From the human T2T-CHM13v2.0 reference genome, Homo sapiens, in the NCBI RefSeq assembly GCF_009914755.1, contig NC_060936.1: DNA of 64,000 nt. The stretch is one strand, 5' to 3'. Both the position numbers and the translations under genes were made by a program. Below, in pieces: positions 16,501 to 33,806 of the stretch. The notes below the pieces were generated by a model. The model was not told the DNA's origin and did no database searches. It saw nothing but the letters and a program-made list of their open reading frames with translations. Every line of letters begins with the position of its first letter. Within the stretch, counting starts at the first letter, position 1.

Positions 16501-19500
16501 AGAATCTGCAAAGGGATATTTGGAGAACTTTGAGGCCTATGGTGAAATAGGAAATATCTTAACATAAAAACTAGACCAAAGTTTTCTGAGAAACTTCTTT
16601 CTGATGAGTGTATTCATCTCACAGAGTTGAACCTTTCTTTTGATTGAGCAGTTTAGAAACAGTCTTTTTGTAGAATCTGCAAAAGGATATTTGTGAGCTG
16701 TTTGAAGCCTATGGCGGAAAAGGAAACATCTTTGGATAAAAACAAGAAAGAAGTTTTTTGACAAACTTCTTTGTGATGTGTGCATTTATTGCACAGATGT
16801 GAACGTTTCTTTTGATTGAGCAGTTTGGAAATGGTCTTTTTGTAGAATCTGAAAAGGGATACTTGGAGCGCTTTCAGGCGTATGGTGAAAAAGGAAATAT
16901 CTTCACATAAAAACTAGAAAGAATCTTTCTGAGAAACTTCTTTCTGACGTTTGCATTCATATCACAGAGTTGAAATTTTCTGTTGTTTGAACAGTTTGGA
17001 AATCCTCTTTTTGTATTATCTGGAAACAGATATTTGTGAACACTATGAGGCCTATGGTGAAAATGGAAATATTTTCACATAAAAACTAGAAAGAAGCATT
17101 TTGTACCACTTCTTTGTGATGCTTGCATTAAACTCACACAGGTGTAGCTTTCTTTTGATTAAGCACTTTGGAAACAGTCCATTTTTAGAATGCGCCAAGG
17201 GATATTTGGAGTACTTTGAGGACTGTGGTGAAAAAGGAAATATCTTCAAATAAAAACAAGATCAAAGCTTTCTGAGAAACTTCTTTGTGATGAATGCATT
17301 CATCTCACAGAGCTGAACTTTCTTTTGATTGAGGCGTTTGGAAACAGACTTTTTGTAGAATCTCCAAAGGGATATTTGTGAGCCCTTTGAGGACTATGGC
17401 AAAAAAGGAAATATATTCCCATGAAAACTAGATAGAAGCTTTCTGAGAACCGGTTGTGTGGTGTGTTCTTTCATCTCACAGAGTTGAACCTTTTGTTTGA
17501 TTGAGCAGTTTGGAAACAGTCTTTTGTATAATCTGCAAGTGGATGTTTGGAGTGCTTTGAGGCCTATGGTGTAAAAGAAAATATCTTCACACAAAAATTA
17601 GACAGAAGCATTCTGAGAAACTTCTTAGTGATGTGTGCATACATCTCATACAGTTGAAACTTTCTTTTTATTGAGCAGTTTGTAAACAGTCTTTTTGTAG
17701 AATCTGCAAAGGGATAATTTTGAGCCCTCTGAGGTCTATGGTAAAAAAGGAAATATCTTCACATAAAAACTGGACAGAAGCTTTCTAAGAAACTTATTTG
17801 TGAAGTATGCTTTCATCTAACAGAGTTGAACCATTCTTTCAATTGATCAGTTTGGAAACAGTCTCTTTATAGAATCTACAAAGGGATATTTGGAGCAATT
17901 TGGGGACTCCGGTGAAAAAGGAAATATCTTCACCTAAAAACTAGACAGAAACTTTCTGAGAAACTCCTTTGTGATGTGTGCACTCATCTCACAGAGTTGA
18001 ATGTTTCTTTTGATTGTGCAGTTTGGAAACAGTCTTTTTGTCAAATCTGAAAAGGGATATTTGGAATGCTTTGAAGCGTACGGTGAAAAAGGAAATATCT
18101 TCACATAAAAACTACAAAGAAGCTTTCTGAGAAAGTTCTTTGTGGTTTCTGCTTTCATCTCACAGAGTTGAACCATTCTTTTGATAGATCAGATTGGAAA
18201 GTGTCTTTTTGTAGAATGTCCAAAGGGATAGTTGGAGCACCTTGTGTCCTATGGAGAAAAAGGCAATATCTTCACATAAAAACTAGAGATAAGCTTTGTG
18301 AGAAACTTCTTTATGATGTGTGCATTCATCTCACAGATTTGAATCTTTGTTCTGATTGGGCAGGTTGGAAACAGTATTTTTGCAGAATCTGCAAAAGGAT
18401 ATTTGTGAGTTGTTTGAAGCCTATGGTGAAAAAGGAAATATCTTCACATAAAAACCAGACAGAAGCTTTCGGACAAACTACTTTGTGATCTGTGCATTCA
18501 CCTCATAGAGTGGAACGTTTCTTTTCAATGAGCAGTTTGGAAACAATCTTTTTGTAGAATCTGAAAAGGGGTATTTGGATTGTTTTGAGGTGTATGGTGA
18601 AAAAGAAAATATCTTCACATAAGAACTAGATAGAAGCATTCTGAGCAACTTATCTGTGATGTGTGCATTCATCTCTCAGAGGTGAAACTTTCTTTTGATT
18701 GAGGAGTTTGGAAACCATCTTATTGTAGAATCTGTAAAGGGATATTGGAAGCAATTTGAGGCCTAAGATGAAAAAGGACATATCTTCACATAAAAACTAG
18801 AGAGAAGCATTCTGAGAAACTTCTTTGTGATGTGTGCATTCATCTCACAGAGGTGAACCTTTCTTTTGACTGTGCAGTTTGGAAACAGTCTTTTTGTAGA
18901 ATCTCAAATGGGATATTTGGAACATCTGCAGCGTATGGTGAAAAAGGAAATATCTACACATAAAAGCAAAACAGAATCTTTTTTAGACACTTCTTTGTGA
19001 CGTGTGCATTTATCTCACAGAGTTGAAACTTTCCTTTGATTGAGCAGTTTGGAAACAGTCTTTTTGTAGAATCTGCAAACAGATATTTGTGAGAACATTG
19101 AGGCCTAGAGTGAAAAAGGAAATATCTTCACATAAAAACTAGACAGAAGCATTCTGAGCAACTACTTTGTGATATGTGCATTCATCTCAGAGAGTTGAAA
19201 TTGACTTTTGATTGAGCACTTTGGACACAGTCTGTTTGTAGAATCTGCAAAGGGATATTTGGAGCCCTTTGAGCCCTGTGGTGAAAAAGGAAACATCTTC
19301 AAATAAAAACGACACCAAATCTTTCTGAGAAACTTCTTGGTGATGAGTGCATTCATCTCACAGTGTTGAATTTTCCTTTGATTAGGCGGTTTTGAAACAG
19401 TCTCTTTGTAGGATCTGCAAAGGGATGTTGGTGAGCCGTTTGAGACCTATGGTGAAAAAGGAAATACCTTCACCTAAAAACTAGACAGAAGCTTTCTGAG

Positions 19501-22500
19501 AAACTTCTTTGTGATGTGTGCTTTCATCTCACAGAGTTGAACCTTTCTTTTGATTGAGCAGTTTGGGAAAAGTTTTTTGTATAATCTGTAAAGGGATATT
19601 TGGAGCAATTTGAGGCATATGGAGAAAAAGGAAATATCTTCACATAAAAACTAGACAGAAGCATTCTGAGAAACTACTTGTGATGTGTGCATTCATCTCA
19701 CAGAGTTGAAACTTTCTTTTAATTGAGCTGTTTGGAAAGAGACTTTTTTTATAATCTGCAAAAGGGTATTTGTGAGGTCTTTGGGGCCTATGGTGAAAAA
19801 GGAAATAACTTCACATAAAAACTACACAGAAGCTTTCTGAGAAAGATCTTTGTGATGTGTGCTTTCATCTCATAGAGTTGAAGCAAACTTTTGATAGATC
19901 AATTTGGAAAGAGTCTTTTTGTAGAATCTGCAAAGGGATATTTGGAACACATTGGGGCCTGTGGAGAAAAAGGTAATATCTTCACATAAAAACTAGAGAC
20001 ATGCTTTTTGAGAAAATTCTTTTTGATGTGTGCATTCATCTCACAGATTCGAATCTTTCTTTTGATTGAGCAGTTTGGAAACAGTGTTTTTGTAGAATCT
20101 GTAAACAGATAGTTGTGAATGCTTTGAGGCCTGTGGTGAAAAAGGAAATATCTTCACCTAAAAACTAGACAGAAGCCTTCTGAGCAACTACTTAGTGAAG
20201 TGTGCATTCATCTCACAGAGTTGAACATTTCTTTTGATTGGGCACTTTGGAAACAGTCTGTTTGTAGAATCTGCAATGGTATATTAGGAGGATTTTGAGG
20301 CCTATGGTGAAAAAGGAACTATCTTCTCATAAACACTAGACCAAAGCTTTCTGAGAAACTTCTTTGTGATGAGTGCATTCATCTCACAGAGTTGAACCTT
20401 CCTTTTGATTAAGCCGTTTGGAAACAGGCTATTTTTAGAATGTACAGAGAGATATTCGTGAGCCCTTTGAGGCCTATGGTGAAATATTAAATATCTTCAC
20501 ATAAAAATTAGACAGAAGAATTCTGAAAAACTTCTTTGTGATGGGTGCTTTCATCTCACAGAGTTGAAATATTCTGTCAATTGATCAGTTTGGAAACACC
20601 CTTTTTGTAGAATTTGCAAAGGGATATTTGGAGCACTTTGAGTCTTATGGTGAAAAAGGAAATATCTTCACATAAAATATTGACAGAAGCTTTCTGAGAA
20701 ACTTTGTGATGGGTGCATTCATCTCACAAAGTTGAACCTTTCTTTTGATTGAGCAGTTTGGAAACAGTCTTTTTGTAGAATCTGCAAACAAATATTTGTG
20801 AGCACTTTGAGGCCCAAGGTGAAAAAGGAAATATCTTCACATAGAAACCAGACAGAAGCATTCTGAGCAAATTCTTTGTGATGTGTGCATTCAACTCACA
20901 GGGCTGAACCTTTCTTTTGATTGAGCAGTTTGGAAACAGTCTTCTTGTAGAATCTGCCAAGGATTATTTGGAGCGCTTTGAGGCCTATGGTAAAAAAGGA
21001 AATATCTTAACATAAAAACTAGACAGAAGCTATCTGAAAAATATCTTTTCATGTGTGCATTCATCTCACAGATTTGAAACTGTCTTTTGATTTATCAGCT
21101 TGGAAACAGTCTTTTTGGAGAATCTGCCAATGTATATTTAGAGCACTTTGACCCCGGCAGTCAAAAAGGAAATATCTTAACATAAAAACTAGACAGAAGT
21201 TTTGTGGGAAACTTCTTTGTGATGTGTGCATTCTCTCACAGAGTTGAAACTTTCTTTTCATTGAGCAGTTTGGAAACAGTCTTTTTGTAGAATCTGCATA
21301 AGTATATTTGTTAGCCCTTTGAGGCCTATGGTGAAAAAGGAAATACCTTCACATAAAAACTACTCAGAAGATTTCTGAGAAAATTCTTTGTGATGTGTGA
21401 TTTCATCTCACAGAGTTGAAACATTCTTTTGATAGATCAGTTTGGAAAGAGTCTTTTTGTAGAATCTGCAAAGGGATATCTGGGGCACTTTGAGGCCTAT
21501 GGTGAAAAGGTAAGTATCTTCACATAAAAACTAGCCAGAAGCATTCTGACCAACTGCTTTGTGATGTGTGAAATATCTCACAGAGATGAATCTTACTTTA
21601 CATGGAGCACTTTGGAAACAGTCTTTTTGTAGAATCAGCAAAGGGATATTTGGAGCAATTACAGGCCTATGGTGAAAAAGGATATATCTTCACATAAAAA
21701 CTAAATCAAAGCCTTCTGAGAAACTTCTTTGGGATGAGTGCATTCATCTCACAGCTTTCAATATTTGCTTTGACTAAGCTGCTTGGAAAAAGTCTTTTGA
21801 AGAAACTGCAAACAGGTATTTTTTAACCATTTGAGGCTTATGGTGAAAAAGGCAATATTTTAACATAAAAACTAGAGAGTAGCTTTCTGGGAAATTTCTT
21901 TTTGATGTGTGCATTCTCTCACAGAATTTAAACCTTCTTTTCATTGAGCAGTTTGGAAACAGTCTTTTTTTAGAATCTGCAAAGGGATATTTGTGAGAGG
22001 TTTGAGGACTATTGTGTGAAAGGAAATACCCTCACATAAGAACTAGACAGAAGCATTCTGAGAAACTTCTTTGTGATATGTGCATTCATCTCACAGAGTT
22101 GAATCTTGCTTTTGATTTAGAAGTTTGGAAACAGTCTTTTTGTAGAATCTGCAAAGAGATATTTCTGAGCCCTTTGAGGCCTATGGTGAGAAAGGAAATA
22201 TCATGGCATAAAAACTAGACAGAAGCTTTCTCAGAAACTTATTCATGATGTGTGCTTTCAACTCACAGATATGAACCTTTCTTTTGAGTGAGCAGTTTGG
22301 AAACAGTCTTTTTGTAGAGTCTGCAAATGGACATTTGGAGCACTTTGAGACCTATTGTGAAAAACGAAATACCTTCACATAAAAACTAGACAGAAGTTTT
22401 CTGCAAATCTTCTTTGTGATGGGTGCATTCTCTCATGCAGTTGAAACTTCCTTTTGATGGAGCAGATTGGAAACAGCCTTTTTGCAGATTCTGCATAGGG

Positions 22501-23089
22501 ATATTTATGAGTCCTTTGAGGCCTGCAGAGAAAAAGGAAATATCTCCACATAAAAACTACACAGAAGATTTCTAAGAAAGTTCTTCGTGATGTGTGATTT
22601 CATCTCACAGAGTTGAACCATTCGTTTGATAGATCAGTTTGGAAAGAGTTTTTTTTGTAGAATCTGCAAAGGGATATTTGGAGCACTTTGAGGACCATGG
22701 TGAAAAAGGAAATATCTTCACATAAAAACTAGACAGAAGCCTTCTGAGAAATTTCCTTGTGATGTGTGCAATCATCTCACAGATTTGAAATTTTCTTTTG
22801 ATTGAGCAGTTTGGAAACAGTCTTTTTGTAGAATCTGAAAAGGGATATTTTGCACACTTTGTGGCGTACAGTGAAAAAGGAAATATCTTCACATAAAAAC
22901 TAGACAATAGCTTTCTGAGAAACTTCTTTGCGACGTGTGCATTCAACTCACAGAGTTCAAACTTTCTTTTGATTCAGCACTTTCGAAACAGTCTATTAGT
23001 AGAACCTGCAAAGGGATATTTGTGAGAAGTTTGAGGCCTATGGTGAGAAAGGAAATACCTTCCACATTATAACCAGACAGAAGCTTTCT
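13510..23089. repeat. Alpha satellite, diverged monomeric A-type array (segment 2)
   Basis: Same 171-bp monomer and orientation; register continues across the L1 TSD. Confidence 0.98.
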
Positions 23090-25100
<2,011 letters not shown>

Positions 25101-28100
25101 AGACAGAAGCTTTCTGAGAAACTTCTCTGTGATGGGTACTTTCAACTCAGAGATTTGAAGCTTTTTTTGATTCAGCAACTTGGAAACAGTCTTTTTGTTG
25201 AATCTACAAAAGGATATTTGTGAGCACTTTGAGGCCTAGGCTTAAAAAGGAAATATCTTAACATAAAAACTAGACAGAAGGTTTCTGAGAAACTTATTTC
25301 TGATGTGTGCTTTCACCTCATGGAGTTGAACCTTTCTTTTGATGGAGCATTTTGGAAACAGTTTTTTGTAGAATCTCGCAGTGGATATTTGGAGCGCTTT
25401 GGGTCCTATGGTGAAAAAGGAAATATCTTCACATAAGAACTAGAAAGAAACTTTTTGAGAAACTTCTTTGTGATTTGTGCATTCATCTCACAGAGGTGAA
25501 CCTTTCTTTTGATTGAGCAGTTTGGAAACAGTCTTCTTGTAAAATCTGCCCAGGGATATTTGTGAGCCCTTTGAGGCCTATGGTGAAAAAGCAGGTATCT
25601 TCACATTAAAAATAGACAGAAGCTTTCTGAGAAACTTCTTTGTCATGTGTGTATTCATCTCACAGGGCTGAACCTTTCTTTTGATTGAGCAGTTTGGAAA
25701 CAGTCTTTTTGTAGAATCTGCCAAGGAATATTTGGAGCGCTTTGAGGCCTACGGTGAAAAAGGAAATATTTTGACATAAAAACTTGACAGAAACTATCTG
25801 AAAGATGTTTGTGATATGTACATTCATGTCACAGAGTTGAAACTGTCTTTTGATTGAACAGTTTGGAATCAGTCTTTTTGTAGAATCTGTCAAGTGATAT
25901 TTTGAGCGCTTTGACTACTGTAGTGAAAAAGGAAATGTCTTAACAGAAAAACTAGACAGAAACTTTTGGGGAAACTTCTTTGTGATGTGTGCATTCTCTC
26001 ACATCACAGGGTTGAAACTTTCTTTTGATTGAGCAGTTTGGAGACAGTCTTTTTGTAGAATCTGCAAAAGTATATATGTTAAACCTTTGAGGCCTATGGT
26101 GAAAAAGGAAATATCTTCACAGAAAAACTACACAGAAGCTTTCTGAGAAAATTCTTTGTGATGTGTGATTTCATCTCACAGAGTTGAAACATTCTTTTGG
26201 TAGATCAGTTTGGAAAGAGTCTTTTTGTAGAATCTGCAAAGGGATATCTGGAGCACTTTGAGGCCTATGGTGAAAAAGTAAATATCTTCACATAAAAACT
26301 AACCAGAAGCATTCTGACCAACTTCTTTGTGATGTGTGCAATCATCTCACAGAGATGAACCTTATTTTAGATGGAGCACTTAGGAAACAGTCTTTTTGTA
26401 GAATCTGCAAAGGGATATTTGTAGCAATTACAGGCCTATGGTGAAAAAGGATATATCTTCACATAAAAACTAAACCTAAGTCTTCTGAGAAACTTCCTTG
26501 TGATGAGTGCATTCATCTCACAGTGTTCAAAATTTGCTTTCATTAAACCACTTGGAAACAGTCTTTTTGTAGAATGTGCAAAGGGATATTTTTTAGCTCT
26601 TTGTCGCCTATGGTGAAAAAGGAAATATCTTCACATAAAAACTAGACAGAATTTTTCTGAGAAACTTCTTTGTGATGTGTGCTTTCATCTCACAGAGTTG
26701 AACCATTCTTTTGATAGATAGTTTGGAAACAGTGTTTTTGTAGATTCTGAAAAGGGATATTTGAAGCAGTTTGAGGCCTATAGTGATAAAGGAAATATCT
26801 TCACATAAAAACTAGACAGAAGCTTTCTGAAAAACTTCATTGTGATGTGTGCATTCTCTCACAGAGTTGAACATTTCTTTTGATTGAGCAGTTTGTTAAC
26901 AGTCTTTTTGTAGAATCTGCAAGAGGATATTTGTTAGCCCTTTGAGGCTTATAATGAAAAGGGAAATCTCTTCACATAAAACATACAAAGAACCTTTCTA
27001 AGAAAGTTCTATGTGATGCGTGCATTCATCTTGCAGATTGGAAAGTTTCTTTTGATTGACCAGTTTGGAAACAGTCTTATTGTAGAATCTGAAAAGGGAT
27101 ATTTGGAGCACTTTGAGACCTATGGTGACAAAGGAAATATCTTTATATTAAAACTAGACAAAGGCTTTCTGAGAAACCCCTTTTTGTTGTGTGCATTCAT
27201 ATCACAGAGCTGGACGATTCTTTTGATTGAGCAGTTTGGAAATAGCCTTTTTGTAGAAACTGCAAAGGGATATTTGGTAGAGGTTTGAGGCCTGTGGTGA
27301 AAAAGGAAATATCTTCACATAAAAACTAGACAGAAGCTTTCTGAGAAACCTATTTGTGATGTATGCATTCATCTCAGAGAGTTGAAATTATCTTTTGATT
27401 GAGCAGTTTGGAAACCGTCTTTTTGTAGAATCTGTAAAGGGATATTTGGACAAATTTGAGGCCTATGGCGAAAAAGGAAATACCTTCACATAAAAACTAG
27501 ACAGAAGCAGTGTGAGAAAATTCTTTGTGACTTGTGCATTCATCTCATAGAGTTGAACATTTCTTCTGATTGAGCTGTTTTGAAACAGTCTTTTTGTAGA
27601 TCTACAGAGGGATATTTTTGAGCCCTTTGAGGCCTATGTTGAAAAAGGAAATATCTTCACATAAAAACCACACAGAAGCTTTCTGAGAAAGTCATTTGTG
27701 ATGTGTGCTTTCATCTCACAGAGTTGAAACATTCTTTTGATATATCAGTTTGGAAACAGTCTTTTTGTAGAATCTGCAAAGGGATATTTGGAGAACTTTG
27801 AGGACTATGGTGCAAAAGGAAATATCTTCACATAAAAACTACACAGAACCATTCTGATAAACTTCTTTGTGAAGTGTGCATTCATCTTGCAAAGTTTCTT
27901 TTGTCTGAAGAATTTGGAAGCAGTCTCTCTGTAGAATCTGAAAAGGGAAATTTGGAGTGCTTTGAGACATATGATAAAAAAAGAAGTATCTTCACATAAA
28001 AACTAGACCAAAGCTATCTGAGAAACTTCTTTGTGATGAGTGCATTCATCTCACACAGATGAATCTTTATATTGATTAAGCCATTGGAAACAATCTTTTT

Positions 28101-30812
28101 GTAGAAACTGCAAAGGGATATTTGGAGAACTTCATGCCTTTGGTGAAAAATGAAATTTCTTCACATAAAAACTAGACAGAAGCTTTCTGAGAAACTTCTT
28201 TGTGATGTGTGCATTCATCTCACAGAGTTGAAACTTTCTTTTGATTCAGCGCTTTGGAAACAGTCTGTTTGTGTAATCTGCATGGGGATATTTTGAGCAC
28301 TTTGAGGTCTATGGTGATGAAGGAAATATCTTCACATAAAAACTAGACCAAAGATTTCTGAGAAACTTCTTTGTGATGAGTGCATTCATCTCACAAAGAT
28401 GAATTTTCTTTTGATTAAGACGTTTGGAAACAGTCTTTTTGTAGAGTTCGCAAAGGCATACTTGGAGCAATTTGACACCTATGGTGAAAAAAGAAATATC
28501 CTCACATAAAAGCTAGACAGAAGCTTTCTGAGAAACTTCTTTGTGATGTGTGCATTCATCTCACAGTGGTGAAATTTTCTTTTCATTGAGCAGCTGGGAA
28601 ACAGTCTTTTTGTAGACTGTAAAGGGATATTTGGAGCAATTTGAATCCTATCGTGAAAAAGGAAATATCTTCAAATAAAAACTAGACAGAAGCTTTCTGA
28701 GAAACCTCTTTGTGATGTGTGCATTCATCTCACAGAGTGGAACCCTTCTTTTGATTGAGCAGTTTGGAAACAGTCTTTTTGTAGAATCTGTGAAGCGATA
28801 TTTGGAGTGCTTTGAGGTGTAAGGTAAAAAAGGAAATATCTTCACATAACAACTAGACAGAAACATTCTGAGCAACTTTGTGTGATGCATGCATTCATCT
28901 CACAGAGTTGAACCTTTCTTTTGATCGAGCAGTTTGAAAACAATCTTTTTGTATAATTTGTAAAGGGATATTTGGAGCAATTTGAGGCCTATGGTGAAAA
29001 AGGAAATATCTTCACATAAAAACTAGAGAGAAGAATTCTGAGAAACTTCTTTGTGAATTGTGCATTCATCTCACAGATTTGAATGTTTCTTTTGATTGAG
29101 CAGTTTGGAAACAGTCTTTTTGTAGAATCTGCAAAAGGATATTTCTGAGTGGTTTGATGTACACGGTGAAAAAGGAAACATCTTCACATAAAAATTAGAC
29201 AGAATTTTTCTGACAAACGACTTCATGATGTGTGCTTTCACCTCAGAGATTTGAACGTGTCTTTTGAATGAGCAGTTTTGAAACAGTCTTTTTGTAGAAT
29301 ATCAAATGGTATATTTGAAGTGCTTTGAAGCACCTGGTGAAAACGGAAATATCTTCACATTAAAACAAGACGGAATCTTTCTGAGAAACTTCTTTGTGAC
29401 GTGTGCATTCATCTCAGAGAGTTGAACATTTCTTATGATTGAGCAGTTTGGAAAGAGTCTTTTTGTAGAATCTGCAAACAGATAGTTGTGAGCGGTTTGA
29501 GGCTTATGGTGAAAAAGGAAATATCTTCACAAAAAAACTAGACAGAAGCTTTGTGACAAACTACTTTGTTGCGTGTGCATTCATCTTACAGATTTGAGTG
29601 TTTCTTTTGATAGAGCAGTTTGGAAACAGTCTTTTTGTAGAATCTGAAATGGGATATTAAGAGTGCTTTGAGACGTATGGTGAAAAAGGGAATATCTTCA
29701 TATAAAAGCTAGACAGAAGCTTTCTGAGAAACTTCTTTGTGATGTGTGCATTCACCTCACAGAGTTGAACGTTTCTTTTGGTTGAGCAGTTTGGAAAGAG
29801 TCTTTTTGTATAATCTGAAAAGGATATTTGGAGTGCTCTGAGGCATATGGTGAAAAAAGAAGTATCTTCACATAAAAACTGGACAGAAGCATTCTGAGAA
29901 ACTTCTTTGTGATGTGTGCATTCATCTCACAGAGTTGAACCTTGCTTTTAATTGAGCACTTTGGAAACAGTCTGTTTGTAGTATCTACAAAGGCAAATTT
30001 GTGAGCCCTTTGAGGACGATTTTGAAAAGGAAATATCTTCACATGTAAACCACACAGAAGCATTCTGAGAAAGTTCTTTGTGATGTGTGTTTTCACCTCA
30101 CAGAGTTGAACCATTCTTTTGATAGATCCATTTGGAAACAGTCTTTTTGTAGAATCTGCAAACTGATATTTGGAGCACTTTGAGATGTATTGTGAAAAAG
30201 GAAATATCTTCACAGAAAAGCTAGACAGAAGCTTTCTGAGAAACTTCGTTGTGATGTGTGCATTCATCTCCAGGTGTTGAACCTTTCCTTTGATTGAGCA
30301 GTTTGAAAAGAGTCTTTTTGTAAAATCTGCAAACAGAAATTTGTGAGCCTTTTGTCGCCTATGGTAAAAAAGGAAATATCTTCACATAAAAACTGAACAG
30401 AAGCTTTCTGAGAAACTTCTTTTTGATATGTACTTTCATCCCACAGTGTTGAACTATTCTTTCAATTGATCAGTTTGGAAACAGTCTTTTTGGAATATCT
30501 GCAAAGGGATGTTTGCCACAATTTTAGGCTTACAGTGAAATAGGGAAAATCTTCATATAAAAAGAAGACAGAAGCTCTCTGAGAAACTTCTTTGTGATAT
30601 GTGCATTCATCTCACAGAGCTGAACATTTCTTCTGGTTGAGCAGTTTGGAAACCGTCTTTTTGAAGAATCTGCAAAGGGATATTTGGAGCAATTTGATGC
30701 CTATGTTGAAAAAGGAAATATCTTCCCATAAAGACTACACAGAGCTTTCTGAGAAACTTCTTTGTGATGTGTGCATTCATCTCACAGAGTTGAACCTTTC
30801 TTTTGATTCAGC

Positions 30813-30814
<2 letters not shown>
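25101..30814. repeat. Alpha satellite, diverged monomeric A-type array (segment 3)
   Basis: 171-bp periodicity, same orientation. Confidence 0.98.
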
Positions 30815-31128
<314 letters not shown>

Positions 31129-32775
31129 ATGATTCAGCACTTTGGAAACAGTCTGTTTGTGTGATCTGCCTGGGGATATTTGGAGCACTTTTAGGTCTAT
31201 GGTGAAAAAGAATAAATCTTTACATAAAAACTAGACCAAAGCTTTCTGACAAACTTCTTTGTGATGAGTGCATTCATGTCACAAAGATGAACTTTTCTTT
31301 TGATTAAGCCATTTGGAAACAGTCTTTTTGTGGAGTCTGCAAAGGCATACTTGGAGCAATTTGAGGTCTACGGTGAAAAAAGAAATATCTTCACATAAAA
31401 ACTCGTCAGAAGCTTTCTGAGAAACTTATTTGTGATGTGCACATTCATCTCACAGCCGTGAAACTTTCTTTTTATTGAGCAGCTTGGAAACAGTCTTTTC
31501 ATAGAATCTGTAAAGAGACATTTGGAGCAATTTGAGGCTTATTGTGAAAAAGGATATATCTTCAGATAAAAACTAGACAGAAGCTTTCTGAGAAACTTCT
31601 TTGTGATGTGTGCATTCATCTCACAGAGCTGAATGCTTCCTTTGATTGAGCAGTTTGGAAACAGTCTTTTTGTAGAATCTGCAATGCGATATTTGGAGTG
31701 CTTTGAGGCATAAGGTGAAAAAGGAAATATCTTCACATAACAACTAGACAGAAGCATTCTGAGCAACTTTGTGTGATGTGTGCATTCATCTCACAGAGGT
31801 GAAACTTTCTTTTGATTGAGCAGTTTGGAAACAGTCTTTTTGTATAATTTGTAAAGGGATATTTGAAGCAATTTGAGGCCTATTCACCAAAGGAAATATC
31901 TTCACATAAAAACTAGAGAGAAGCGTTCTGAGAAACTTCTTTGTGAATTTGCATTCAACTCACAGATTTGAACCTTTCTTTTGATTGAGCAGCTTTGAAA
32001 CAGACTTTTTGTAGAATATGAAATGGTATATTTTGAGTGCTTTGAGGAGCTTCGTGAAAAATGAAATATCGTCACATTAAAACAAGACGGAATCTTTCTG
32101 AGAAACTTCTTTGTGATGTGTCCATTCATCTCAGAGAGTTGAACATTTCTTATGATTGAGCAGTTTGGAAAGAGTCTTTTTGTAGAATCTGCAAACAGAT
32201 AGTTGTGAGCAGTTTGAGGCTTATGGTGAAAAAGGAAATATCTTCACATAAAAACTAGACAGAAGCTTTGTGACAAACTAGTTTGTGATGTGTGCATTCA
32301 TCTTACAGAGTTGAAAGTTTCTTTTGATAGAGCAGTTTGGAAACAATCTTTTTGTAAAATCAGAAATGGGATATTAGGAGCGCTTTGAGGAGTATGGTGA
32401 AAAAGGAAATATCTTCACATAAAAACTAGACCGAAGCTTTCTGAGAAACTTCTTTGTGATGTGTGCATTCATCTCACAGATTTGAACCTTCCTTTTAATT
32501 AAGCAGTTTGGAAACAGTCTTTTTGTAGAATCTGCAAAGGGACATTTGGGAGCCCTTTGAGACCTTTGCTGAAGAAGGAAATGTCTTCACATAAAAACTG
32601 GACAGAAACTTTCTGACAAACTCCTTTGTGATGTGTACTTTCATCTCACAGAGTTGAAACGTTCTTTTGATAGATCAGTTTGGAAACAGTGTTTTTGTAG
32701 AATCTGCAAAGTCATATTTGGAGCAATTTGAGGCTGATGGTGAAAAAGGAAATACCTTCACATAAAAACTAGACA
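31129..32775. repeat. Alpha satellite, diverged monomeric A-type array (segment 4)
   Basis: 171-bp periodicity, same orientation. Confidence 0.98.
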
Positions 32776-32788
32776 CAGAGGGAGGAGT

Positions 32789-32798
32789 CAAGATGGCC
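32789..32798 (+). promoter_or_regulatory. YY1-binding motif of the L1 5'UTR
   Basis: CAAGATGGCC at the expected position. Confidence 0.8.
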
Positions 32799-33806
32799 GA
32801 ATAGCAACAGCTCTGGTCTACAGCTCCCAGCATGAGTGATGCAGAAGATGGGTAATTTCTGCATTTCCATCTCAGTTTCCTTGTTCATATTACTGGGGTG
32901 TGCTAGACAGTTGGTGCATGATGCTGGGTGCAGTGCACCGTGCATGAGCCAAAGCAGGGCGAGGCATTGCCTCACCCAGGAAGTGCAAGGGGTCAGGGAA
33001 TTCCCTTTCCTAGTCAAAGAAAGGGGTGACAGATGGCACCTGGAAATCGGGTCACTCCCACCCTAATACTGTGCCTTCCCAATGGGCTTAAAAAACGGCA
33101 CACCAGGAGATTGTATCCTGCACCTGTCTTAGAGGGTCCTAAACCCACGAATTCTCACTCACTACTAGCACAGCAGTCTGAGATCAAACTACAAGGTGGC
33201 AGTGAGGCTGTGGGAGGTGTGCCCACCATTGCAGAGACTTGATTCGGTAAACAAAGCAGCCGAGAAACTCGAACTGGGAGGAGCCCACCACAGCTCAAGA
33301 AGGCCTGCCTGCCTCTGTAGGCTCCACCTCTGGGGGCAGGGCACAGACAAACAAAAAGACAGCAGTAACCTCGGAAGACTTAAATGTCCCTGTCTGACAG
33401 CTTTGAAGAGAGTAGTGGTTCTCCCAGCACACAGCTTGAGATCTGAGAATGCGCAGACTGCCTCCTCAAGTGGGTTCCTGACCCCTGAGTAGCCTAACTG
33501 GGAGGCATCCCCCAGTTAAGGGTGGACTGACACCTCACACGGCCGGGTACTCCTCTGAGACAAAACTTACAGAGGAAAGATCAGGCAGCAGCATTTGCAG
33601 TTCACCAATATCCACTGTTCTGCAGCCACCACTCCTGACACCCAGGCAAACAGGGTCTGGAGTGGACCTCCAGCAAACTCCAACAGACCTGCAGCTGAGG
33701 GCCCTGTCTGTTAGAAGGAAGACTAACAAACAGAAAGGACATCCACACCAAAAACTCATCTGTACGTCACCATCATCAAAGACCAAAAGTAGATAAAAGG
33801 ACAAAG

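Noticed and set aside
32049-32068. CTTCGTGAAAAATGAAA resembling the start of a CENP-B box
   Set aside because: Has TTCG but lacks the required downstream A..CGGG core; a mutated A-box
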